From Octopus vulgaris (Eukaryota): a stretch of 64,000 nucleotides of DNA. The position numbers and the translations under genes were made by a program. Each line of letters opens with the position of its first letter. The first letter of the stretch is position 1. A model generated the notes under the pieces. The model was given only the letters and a program-made list of their open reading frames with translations, was not told the DNA's origin and ran no database searches. The stretch covers positions 43,338,001-43,402,000 of the forward strand of contig OX597825.1 in the NCBI GenBank assembly GCA_951406725.2. The letters run 5' to 3'. This document shows positions 52,830 to 64,000 of this stretch, one piece after another.

Positions 52830-53589
52830 ATATATATACACACACATATACTAAATGCTCCACCATATTAAATTGTAAATTGAAAGATTTGTCCTTCAAT
52901 GTATGATGAGCAAAATTTCATAAGGTCCATACTTGAAAGAGAGACTCTCTTGTGTTGAAGTTACTAATGACAGAATGCAAGCTGACAACTACTGAGTCTG
53001 TTGTCTGATCTTCAATTGATTTAGTCTAATATCTCACTGATTAAATAGATATTAAGTTTTATCATACAGGAGCAACTTGTATTAGAAAATTCTTCAGAAA
53101 GATATATAGGTGTGTAAAATAATTGTTGAATTAAAAATATAAATATATATAAAAATATATGTAAATATGTATAAGTGTAAATATATAATATATATGACAG
53201 TTTAAACATTTTGAATTCAGTTTTTAAAGCATCTTACGATCGTTTCGCAGAAGTGCTGTCTCTATAATGGAATCCTATATTGATAAGCATTTATAGACAA
53301 CTCTTCTGCTCTTCAGCGATATAAAATTTGAATTTTGTATAATATATCGAATGGTAGTTTTTAAAAATAAGAATATGATAATATGGTGTTTGCTTGAAAT
53401 ATAAATCAAAAATTAAAAATTGCTGCTTTTGATTTTGGTAAGCACACTTTAGTGTGAGAGTCTTAAAATCCATATATGCTTCCTTGGTAAATCTTTAATA
53501 ATCCATAATAGTTATGTGTAAAAGTTATATTATAAAGCCTCAGCCTATCAAAATCCGTCGTTCATGAGCACCAAGTAAAGCTGCGCACA

Positions 53590-54339
53590 CAAATCGCTAC
53601 GATGTTTGGGTACCACATGAGTGAGAAGAACCTTTTGGATCGCATTTCCATCTGTGATTCGCTTTATAAATGGAATGAAAACGCGCCTTCTTTATAGAAA
53701 ATTGTGACAGGTGATGAGAAATGGATTATGTATCGAAATGTTCAGAGAAAGCGATATGAGCCACTCCTAGCCACCACAAAAACGGGTCTTCACCCTAAAA
53801 AGGTCTTGCTTCGTGTCTGGTTGGATTAGAAAGGAATTCTGTACTATGAGCTTCTCCCAAGTAACCAGACAATAAATTCTGAAAAATACTGCACACAACT
53901 GGACGAGTTAAAAGCAGCAATTCAAGAGAAACTTCCAGAATTGGCCAACAGGAAAGGTGTTGTTTTCCAACATGATAATGCAAGACTGCACATTTCTTTG
54001 GGAACCAGACAAAAATTGCTGTAGCTCGGCTGGGATGTGTTACCCACCCTCCATATTCACCACATATTGCTCCTTCGGATTTCCACTTATTCAGGTCTCT
54101 GCAGAATAGTCTTAATGGTAAAAATTTCAATTCCATGGATGATGTAAAAAGATACCTTGATGAATTCATTGCCACGAAACCAACTCAATTCTGGGAAGAG
54201 GGTATTTTAAAGTTAAAGGAAAGATGGAGATGCATTGTGCAACAAAATGGTTCATATTTGGTTGACTAAAAATGTAATGGCAAGTATTTATTGACCTTTC
54301 TCGTTCCTTTAAAAATCGGTACGAACTTTCCGGACAACC

Positions 54340-54342
<3 letters not shown>
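53590..54342 (+). mobile_element. 5'-truncated mariner (mellifera/cecropia-like)
   Basis: WVPHE, IVTGDEKWI, GLHPKK, VFQHDNARLH and PPYSPHIAPSDFHLF; 3' TIR CGAACTTTCCGGACAACCCAA + TA. Confidence 0.9.
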
Positions 54343-54403
<61 letters not shown>

Positions 54404-54794
54404 TAATAATCATTCATGACATTCAATAAGTGTATCGTACTGTTCCTTCGTCCAGGGTTTTGCGCACACTGTGTATGTGATCTGTTGTGACATAACGCCG
54501 TCTGAGGCCAGATCACTGCCCCTGATGCAGCTGGTTTCGGATATGCCCGAGCGGAAAACTTTCACCATGATCGGCTATAGCTTAATTCTCGCCGTTAATT
54601 CTTTCCTTGTGTTGCATCAGGATTTTATGAGTCGTTCGTGGGGTTCCCACGAGAGTTGTTATTGAGATCCCACCTCTCTCTTCCTCTCTTTATCTGTATA
54701 TACACGACTACATGTATATACATACACATACATATAAATAGCGTGCTTCCATTGTTTCGCCTCCATAGCCAGTGATTATCATTACCACCATCGT

Positions 54795-54977
54795 TCTACC
54801 TATAGCGTTTATCAATAATAATATGAGTCCTGGTATATTGCAGTAGATCTTCGTCTTTATTTATCAAATACTCGGTAAGCGTTCTCCTTTCACTTCTTAT
54901 ACAATGATCTGTACTAATCAGTCCTCTGCCACCATTCTTTCTTGTCATATACAGCCTGTTTACGTTTGTAGTTAACA
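54795..54977 (-). mobile_element. Short R4/Dong fragment adjoining (TTA)n
   Basis: NVNRLYMTRKNGGRGLISTDHCIRSERRTLTEYL, homologous to 56165-56295. Confidence 0.85.
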
Positions 54978-54978
54978 C

Positions 54979-55107
<129 letters not shown>

Positions 55108-55324
55108 CATCATCATCATTAAAATGTATTATTAAATGTTTAGTTTCAATTTTTGTCTTGTACCTGAGATAAACATAAATTTGTGAGTGTTGAATGGAAT
55201 AGTAGGACGAAGTGTACCAGATTGGTGAACAGGCTAAATTCAACAGGTCTGTAAATAGATTCGGCAGACGGTGAGAGAGTCAGCAATGGATATTCCTGTG
55301 CGATAAGGAGACAAAAGAGGCCTC

Positions 55325-57120
55325 ACACCCTCCCTAGGGAACAAAAAGGATGTAGGAAGAGTTCTCAGGTTACAAAAGATTACCTTGTCATCGATAAAAC
55401 AGTTCTGAGGCATTGTAAAAAAACATCATACAAACATGTCTATGGCTTGGATTAACTTCGTGTTGCTGATAACATCACACATTTTCTGATGTATAGCATG
55501 AAAGAGTGGAAAACCAAATTGTACTCAAGTAATATATTCCTTGGAGAAGTTAAAGGGGAATCTTCCGGCATGACTCGTTTTCTCCGTTATTTTTTTGTAA
55601 TTTTACTAGTATCCATAACAATGACACTTAGGAAATTTAAGATGGGTTACCGATGTGGGAAGAAAGGCCCATCATTAAACCATCTTCTGTTTATGGATGA
55701 CTTGAAATTGTTTTGAAAATCTGAAAAACAGACGGATTCTTTAACGAAAACAGTCCAGAAGTGTGGTAGGGACATCGATATGGAATTTGGGATAATCAAA
55801 TGCTCAGTACTTAATATGAAAAGACGGAAGAAAGCAACCTGCAGAGGATTGCACTTACCATCAGGAGAGACCATGGGTGAGCCCGACGGTAGTGAGTATA
55901 GATATTTAGAGATTTTGGAGCTGGATGACATTCTACAGAGAAAAATGAAAATTAAGCTCAGCGAGGTATATCAAAAAAGGGTGAAGATGGTGTTGAAATC
56001 GAACCTCAATGCCAAAACTTTGCTTACCATAATGAATATCTGGGCAGATGCGGTGGTCAGATATAGTGCATCCATTCTCAAATGGACTAAGGAGGAAATA
56101 TCAACACTGGGATAGAAGGATAAGGAAGTTGATGACGCTGCATGGGGTGCTACACCCCAAAGCAAACGTAAACCGACTGTATATTAAAAGAAGGAACGGT
56201 GGCAGAGGACGAATTAGTATAGACCATTGTATAAAGAGTGAAAGGGAAACTCTTGCCGAGTATTTGATAAATAGTGATGAAGACATGTTGCAATATGCCG
56301 CGAAAGATATGGGTGTAAATGCAGATGAAATGATAGGCAAGGAGGAGTTTAACCAAAGAGCTGAGGAGAAGAGAAAAGAAAACCTTCTTGAAAAGAGAAT
56401 GCATGGACAGCTTGAAAGGAATACACAAGACGTTAAGGATAATACAGCGTCGTGGGCGTGGTTTGAGCGAGGTGATTTGAAGTGTACCACCGAAAACCTG
56501 ATCATTGCTGCACAAGATCAGGCTCTCGCTACCAATTCATTGAAGTATAGTATCTATAAAACTTCTGACTCCCAGAAATGCAGACTCTGTGGAAATAGTA
56601 TGGAAAATGTGACCCACTTGGTAAGTGGATGTGAGCGCTTTGCACAAAAAGAATACAAGCACCTCCACGATGAAGTGTGTGTGTGTATCTTCATTGGTTA
56701 TTATGCCGTAAATAGCAATGTGAAGTAACAAAGATCTAGTATGAGCTTGTACCAAGTAAAGATATGCAAGAGGATGAAAAAGTAACGATACTCTGAGACT
56801 GATTTTCAGACGGATCGTGTAATCACACACCGTCGGCCGGATATTGTCATATTGAATAAGAGAGACAAATACTGTCAGATCATTGATGAAGCCATACCAA
56901 ATGTCATGAATGTTGTGAGTAAAAAGGTTGAAAAAATCACCAAGTACTTTGAATTGAAAGTGGAAATGGCAAGACTGTATGGAATGCGAGAAGGTAATGT
57001 AAATGTGATACCAGTGGTGATTGGAGCGTTGGGCTCAATCCCGCTGAAACTTGACAGATGTTTGTGGCTTGACAGATGATTAAAGACTCCAGTGCATCTC
57101 TACTTACACTGTATTACGAA
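55325..57120 (+). mobile_element. R4/Dong RT + CCHC + RLE relic ending in (AAT)n
   Basis: EQKGCRK..MAWIN; NHLLFMDDLKLF; RLYIKRRNGGRG; IAAQDQALATN; CRLCG..HLVSGC; RRPDIVI; IPVVIGALG. Confidence 0.92.
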
Positions 57121-57209
<89 letters not shown>

Positions 57210-57323
57210 AAGAAGAAGAAGAAGAAGAAGAAGAAAAATATAACAGACAATTATTTTACCCCAGTGTCACTTTGATGGCATGAACTGCTCTCTCACTCAA
57301 TAATAATAATAATAATAATAATA

Positions 57324-57378
<55 letters not shown>

Positions 57379-58348
57379 AAATTACTTATTTCGCACAAAG
57401 GTCTGCATTTGCAAGCAAATGACCATATCACGTTGCAATGTTTTTTTGGTCAGAAGTTGTAAGAAAATCGAAAGCTGATCCAAGAATGATTTTTCAAAAC
57501 TATGTACTATAAAATCACTTCGCTTTATCTTCTACATCAAATTCAAATATCTTCTTGAATCATTGTGCAAATTAATCAGAATCACACAGTGATTTCAGTT
57601 GCCTTGGTGAAGTCGAAAGCGGAATAGCAGAATTGTATATAGAAAAGAAGAATATACTACGCAAGCATTATACTGACCTTTCCGGTCAGAAATATCTATG
57701 AAAATGGAAGAATATATAGAGTAAGTAGGATTAAAACTATATTTGGCACATATGCAATTGTAAAGAGAACAGAACACGAGAAAGATTACTACATGCGAGG
57801 TGAGAATAAAAGAGACAAATTCCTTTGAATATAAAGACCTACGTTTTTGTATAAAACTAAAATCATTCCTCATATCACAAAATTCAATAAAAATCCGATA
57901 CACTGCCTACATCATGGCGCGTAAAATAGCAGTTATAATGGCTGAATTATTGTATTTTGGTTTTATTTCCCATTTTACTTGGGTAAGTATACATATACAC
58001 ATGTAAGAAAGTACCTATTTCTAATTCACAGCTAGATTTTGTATCAGAAGTCATCAAAGAGATCCAGAAATTTTGCAAAAACTGGATATATCTTCATAGA
58101 TCTCACTGTCTCTGTCTACCTCTTTGTCTCTCTGTTTTGTTTACACATTAATATAAATACACACACACACCCGTGCGCGTGTATGTGTGTATGCATATAT
58201 ATATATATACACACGAAAATTACATGACAAAGAGATAAACGGTTATCTTATATACTTCATTAACTTACAGGTGTAAATCTAGTGCTTATTCTATTGGCAT
58301 CTTTTGGACGAAATGCTAAGCTACGGGGAGGTAAACACACCTACACTC

Positions 58349-58437
<89 letters not shown>

Positions 58438-58842
58438 GCAAACAGCATGGACGTGTGGCTGCTGGGAGGCTAGATCAAATCTGAAACTATCACGAAGCAG
58501 GAATTAAGAATCTGCAAAAACAATTTTTAAAAACTGTTTTAATGTAAGCCATCTCAGCAAACTAGAAAGATTCTTTTCTTATATGGAGTACCTATATATG
58601 TATTCGAAATTTCTGTCGGCTTTCTTCGAGACGCGTGCTTATAGTGATGAATTATATGGTTATGGACGATGTGTCTAGTTTCGGCATATTTGGCATTAGA
58701 ATTTTTTTTGTTTTGCCCTTGTTTATAAGTTGTATATATATATATATAATTAAAATGAGGTTGAAAACTTGGATATTATTTTGATAACATCAATTTTAAC
58801 ACCAGTGGTCTAGCATATAGAAAACTGAGGTTCAATAAATAA

Positions 58843-59072
58843 ATTACATATATAAATATAAGAGGGAATTTTTACCACTATGTGGAAACCCTTATGCTAG
58901 AAGAAGATCCGCTATTGTCTTAACCTCTAAGAATTGTTCTCTAGAAAATTTCAGGTGTTTGCTAAATTTTCTAGAGAACAATTCTTAGTGGTTAAGACCA
59001 TAGCGGATCTTCTTCTAGCATAAGTGTTTCCACATTGCGGTAAAAATTCCTTCTTATATTTATATATGTAAT
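58843..59072. repeat. Near-perfect palindrome, 109-bp arms with 12-nt loop
   Basis: ...GTTCTCTAGAAAATTT(58951) CAGGTGTTTGCT AAATTTTCTAGAGAAC(58964)... Confidence 0.95.
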
Positions 59073-59083
59073 ATTATATATAA

Positions 59084-59269
<186 letters not shown>

Positions 59270-59379
59270 CTAATTTTTTTTAGAAAATCAAAGAAACTAT
59301 GGAAGTGTTCGAGTCAAACCCGGGACGCTAGACAAGTGGGTCTCTATCTGCTGCCCCTCAAATTAGGAAAAGCTACGCA

Positions 59380-59870
59380 AACGTATCTGATGGGCTATAC
59401 AGTGATGATACTCTATTCGCAGTAAATGGTTCATCTAAACCGGAGATTGAAAGAATTAAAAAGTCACTGAGAACATTGCTTTTGAATTTCTTTAATCTCA
59501 ATATTGTATTCAAGACTGACACAAAAATAAAAATTATACTAACCGTACAGTAAAACAAATCAAACATTGCAATGTATTAACGTCTCTTCTAATCATTCGA
59601 AATTAAACATTGATAGTATTATCACCACCATCTCCATTAGAATATACAGTCTATCAGCAAACGAGGAGATCTTCAATGCACACGCACCAACTTATAATCA
59701 TGCCCTAAAATTATGCGGCTTTCAAGACCATGTTTTCTACATCCCGGACACCAAACTCAAAATTAATTAGCTAATTTAACACTTCATAGGAATTGTGATA
59801 TGAGTAAAATAACCCCATCATTAAATTATAAACCTATAAGAAGACCTTTCATTGACCCTATTAAATTTTA
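59380..59870 (+). pseudogene. Penelope-like RT/thumb relic
   Basis: GLYSDDTL (cf. GLYRDDGL)..EIERIKK; INVSSNH..ISIRIYSLSANEEIF..YNHALKLCGF. Confidence 0.8.
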
Positions 59871-59894
59871 TAATCCTAATACTAGAAATTTTAG

Positions 59895-60500
59895 TAAACA
59901 TTCTCCCTCTGTGCCCAAACACCTTACTAGATTTGCAGATGAGGGTAAGACATCATAGGATGAATGAATCGCAAAACTTAGCCGAGATATAGTCCACCTC
60001 CATATGTCATTCCAACTTATTTTTCTTTCAAAAACTTGTTCCTCCCATCGAGTTATCTGTCCTTGTTGAGTGCAGATGGATGAGGAAGAAAGAGGTGAAT
60101 GATTTTGTGAGAAAAGCGAGAGCAAAGAGTGCCCCAGGAGGTGATGACTTCTCGCTTAGAGTATACAAAGAATTCAGTCGTGTGTGAAAGAAGCTCTTCA
60201 TCCTACTCCGACAGTTGTGTCGCGAAGAGACTCTAGAGAAGGATTGCGTAATGCAGAAGGCATATACCTGCTGAAGGAGGTCTTGCCTTTCTCTAGCCCC
60301 CACTTTCGCACAGTTTCCAGTGTAGCGCTTTCGCTACCTAGTCGTGTCGCCACGACTTGTAGTGGTTTAGGTACGTCTAGGGAATTCGTTCGTGATTTGG
60401 GCAATGGTTTCCCTGCTTCTATTGCAGGTGCGGCACATTGGAGACATTTGCTCATTCCTAAGGTTGACCTTCCAGTTCGTGGGCACACAGAAGTGATTGT
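59895..60500. mobile_element. HERO/R2-group non-LTR fragments in alternating orientation
   Basis: Minus strand: QQGQITRWE..ERKISWNDIW..SYDVLPSSANL. Plus strand: FVRKARAKSAPGGD..VYK..AEGIYLLKE. Confidence 0.7.
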
Positions 60501-60744
60501 GTAGTCCCTTCCTGCGTAATTTTTCTTCGTGTCATTTTTGTACTTCTTCCTTTGTTTTCCCCTTTTCTATTTTCCCATCTTCCTTTATATTCTTCTTGGT
60601 GCCTTCTGATATTGTTCTTAAGGACCCAACAATAATTGGTACTATCTTCCAGTTCTTCATTTTCCAAAGCCGGGTTATTTTGTACTTAAAAGGTTTTTAT
60701 ATATCTACCTTTCTTTCTGTCTTCCTTATTGACTATTCGTGGGT

Positions 60745-60875
60745 CAAAGGGGGCATGCAACATTAACTGTATTGCATAAGTGGTGCAACTTGTCGACCGC
60801 CACTATGTCGGGTCTGTTATGCGCTAGCACCTGATCTGTTTGGATTGGGAAATCCCAGAGGAGTTTTGCTAATCT
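60745..60875 (-). mobile_element. Short R4/Dong RLE fragment adjoining (TTA)n
   Basis: KLLWDFPIQTDQVLAHNRPDIVAVDK. Confidence 0.8.
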
Positions 60876-60883
60876 CCGACTCC

Positions 60884-60941
<58 letters not shown>

Positions 60942-60999
60942 ATTATTATTATTATTATTATTATTATTAATATCATTATCATCATCGTCATCATCATCT

Positions 61000-62155
61000 T
61001 TTAGTACTCTTATTTTTATCACGTGCTTTCACTGCAGCGCTGTGTGCCTTGAGTGTGTGCTGAGGTTTGTTGTGATGCTCTTATGGTTACTGTATTGAAA
61101 GTGTTTTTCGTAGGATGTGTGCGGTGCCTAGCAGTGCTATTTTCTGTATGTTATATATACTTGTTAGTTCTGGTGTTTTTGTTATGTATCTGTCTGAATA
61201 TTTTTTGTCATATCTAATGTGCCTATTATGATAGGAATTGTCTCTGTTTTTAGACTCTACATTCGAGTTACCTCTATTTCCAGAACTTCGTATTTTGGAA
61301 GTTTCTCCATTTCTTTTAGAGAAATATTGTCATCTCTTGATATTAATACATCGATTAGAAGGCTTTTTTATTGGTTATCTCTGACAACTATTTGCTTATT
61401 TGCCTTGATTTCTGTATTTGTGTGCATTGACATATCCCAGAGCATGGTTGCCTTCTCATTTTCTTTGACTTTTTCTGGTGTGTGCCCATACTATCTTTTT
61501 TCTGTTGTTATTCCATAGTGTTGGTATAGCTTCCAGGGTCCCAACTCTGTCGTGTCTGTGAATATATTTCTTCTTAGCCACGACTGGGCAGCCAGAGATA
61601 ATATGATTTATTGTTTCTTCTCCATCTCCACATATTTTGAAGTTACATGTATTTCTTTTTGTTACATGCTTTTGTTAATTTCTGGTGGGAAGGCTTTGGA
61701 TTTGTGCTGTAGTTAGAAATCCTTCAGTCTCTGCTTTTGAATCTTCAGCTTCTCAGCTATTGTCGGAATTTTGCTTTGTCTATTTTTTTCTCCTTAATTT
61801 AACTCAGTATTTGCCATGAAGGGGCTTTTCTTATCATGAACCTTTTACTGTTCCAGTTTTAGTTTGGATTTCAGATTATTTACAGCTTTTGTTGTTTCTT
61901 CGTTTTCTTCATAGTTGTTAATCACTATGACTTCTTTTTTGTATTTTTCCGCTTCCTTAAATACTGCAATCAGTTTTTTGTTTCATTCATGTTTTGTGGT
62001 TATCTGTATTAGTTTTCTTTGCTTCTAAAGTAGGTGATTCTGTAGTCCTATAGGGTTTATTTTGTAATAGTTTTCTAGCTGAATAAGGCATCTACCACCA
62101 TCGATATATTGTATATATAACCTTTCTGTGTCAGATTTTGGATGGTGAATCCTAA
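61000..62155 (-). mobile_element. R4/Dong 3' fragment (same family as 5857-7037)
   Basis: Colinear nucleotide similarity to 5870-7030, including the 3' UTR (GTGCTTTCAC..TGTTGTGATGCTCT.ATGGTTACTGTATTGAA). 3' end abuts (TCA)n/(TTA)n. Confidence 0.9.
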
Positions 62156-62849
62156 AATATATTTTTCTAAACCAAACGTCATGTTTATTTCTTTGGTAAA
62201 TCTATGCACTCACTGTAGTAATGTTTCCAGCTGTTTATAATTTGTAGCATACAGTTTTATATCATTCATATATAAGAGTTGACTGAGTGTTTTGCCGTAA
62301 CAGTTTTATCCACATCTAGTTCCGTTTAGAATGTCAGATAAATGTGTCAGTGCGAAGCAGAAAAGGAGTGGAGAGAGAGCTTGTCTTCATGAAATATTAT
62401 TATCATTATTATTATCATTATTATTATTATTAAAAATCTTTTACACCCAAATTTATGTTGTAGTTATATTATCTTGACGAATTCATATGTGTCTACTCAA
62501 GTCTCATAAAGGTTACTTAGGAGTCTTGCAGAAATCAGGGCAACATTTGGGGTCTAAAGATATCCTTTTGTGATATCTTACTACCATCAGATATAATATT
62601 TCGATTTCAAAACTGCGCATATATTCACCCCAAACCACTTAACAGTATACTAGCTAAATATACTTACTGCTTAAGAGAACACAGGCTTCTTTCAAATTCT
62701 ATGCAGAATTTGAGCTTTTTCATTTATATGTGTTTGTGCGCGTGTGTGTGTGTGTGTTTTAACAAGCTGAGACAGTTATGCATTTGTTATATCATTTTTA
62801 GAGGAATCAACACAATTATAGAAAGTACCAGGGAGAGGGAGCGTTCGTG

Positions 62850-64000
62850 AAATATTTCATTTTGCGTTTTCACACTTCCTAATGATTTAATTCTGCTCTT
62901 TAGGTCTGTTCTCAGGATCTCATCGTTTTTGTTTTCCTAACCACTCTTAATCTTCTTATTAACTTCCGGATCTCCTCAGGCACTAAAACATCATTGCTCT
63001 GGGACATCATTGAGTGATTTCTTGCAGTCTATCTGACATAAGTTTGTTTATCTTATTTGTACTTCACTGAACACATTGCTAGTGATACAGACTAGATAAG
63101 CATTTCTCTTTGTTGTCTTTCTGCACCTTTTCTTTTTATTTTGAACATATATTTTGGAAATATACAAATAATCATCTGTAAGGACAGTTAATAATTTCTG
63201 TAGCAATGCTAAGCCTATAATAAATCTATGAGTACCGACATTCTCTCATATTTTTTGTGCTTTTATATTCCTATTCCTACAATCCTTCGTTATGTCATCG
63301 ATGTTGGTATTCCGTTTTCTATAAAGATAAATAAGAAGTGGTTGCATATTATTGTACATGTTTGTGACAATTTAAACCAGTCTCTGAAGAACATTGGGTT
63401 TAAAAGCTTTCCGCTTCGGTACTTTTTTAATTATCACTTGCAGCTTCTCTTCTGTAACTTTTATATTTACTTCTTTTGATCTGTTTCACTTTTAGATTCC
63501 TGTAACTAAACCGCCTTACCCTTTTGTCAGCTACTGATCCAAATATCGGACCAAAATCGATTCTCCTTATATAAATTGTCTTTGATGGTAAAGTGTCCTT
63601 TCATTCTCTCTAAGGAAACTGCTTTGTTGAAACTGATTTATTCTTTGATGGTGCCCAGTTGTTTTTTATTGCTTTAATATTTTTGCCTCATCCCATCTGT
63701 AGCTATCAGTAATCCTCTGTGTCTGATGTTATACTTTCTTGTAGCTCGTCCCTAAGTCATTCATTTTTCGTCTTGTTTTGAATTATAGCATTTATTATTT
63801 GAACATGTCTAAAGAGAATTCAACGTGATTCTCAAGTCTCCATTTATAACATGAGACTTTCCTCATTTTTCTGCTTGATATATTGCACGTCAAGAATCTC
63901 CACAGCAACAAAAGCTTCGTAATGTGTAATGCCATTTACATCTATTGTATTTTTAGTTCTGTATTTCGTTGTTTATCCAGTCTATTTATCGCTTCACACA
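62850..64000 (-). pseudogene. Highly decayed R4/Dong RT N-terminal region
   Basis: NRFWSDIW, IIKKVPKRKA and IDCKKSLNDVP (cf. IDYKKAYD.VP); many stops. Confidence 0.6.

Noticed and set aside
53795-54175. 126-aa minus ORF
   Set aside because: Antisense shadow of the mariner transposase.
57599-57720. Possible plus-strand exon (TTTCAG...GTAAGT)
   Set aside because: Stop codons in all three frames.

Overview
AT-rich, repeat-saturated animal (non-bacterial) DNA. The SINE families and the microsatellite load strongly resemble an octopus/cephalopod genome; this is an inference from recognition, not a search. No intact multi-exon gene or intact transposon ORF is visible, and most of the ORF track is translated microsatellite. 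The window is a graveyard of mobile elements: about 8 fragments of R4/Dong-type RLE non-LTR retrotransposons, mostly abutting (TAA)n; Penelope-like element (PLE) RT and GIY-YIG relics; four Tx1/L1-like ORF1 (CCHC) relics, two of which appear to lack ORF2; RTE, HERO-like and Gypsy fragments; two near-identical full-length mariners plus further mariner, Tc1, MITE and Helitron-like pieces; many tRNA-derived SINEs; and a 2.55-kb foldback. The most striking signal that the ORF track does not explain is a recurrent family of minimal type-I hammerhead-ribozyme motifs (CUGANGA...GAAAC..GUH with closing stem I). They sit in short non-coding elements bounded by inverted or direct repeats. One is an intact-core pair in 228-bp identical inverted arms, one lies in a retrozyme-like ~340-bp unit, and one lies downstream of a tRNA-like Pol III head. 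One credible minus-strand exon (40060-40142) suggests the window may be intronic. Boundaries of decayed elements were read by eye and are approximate.
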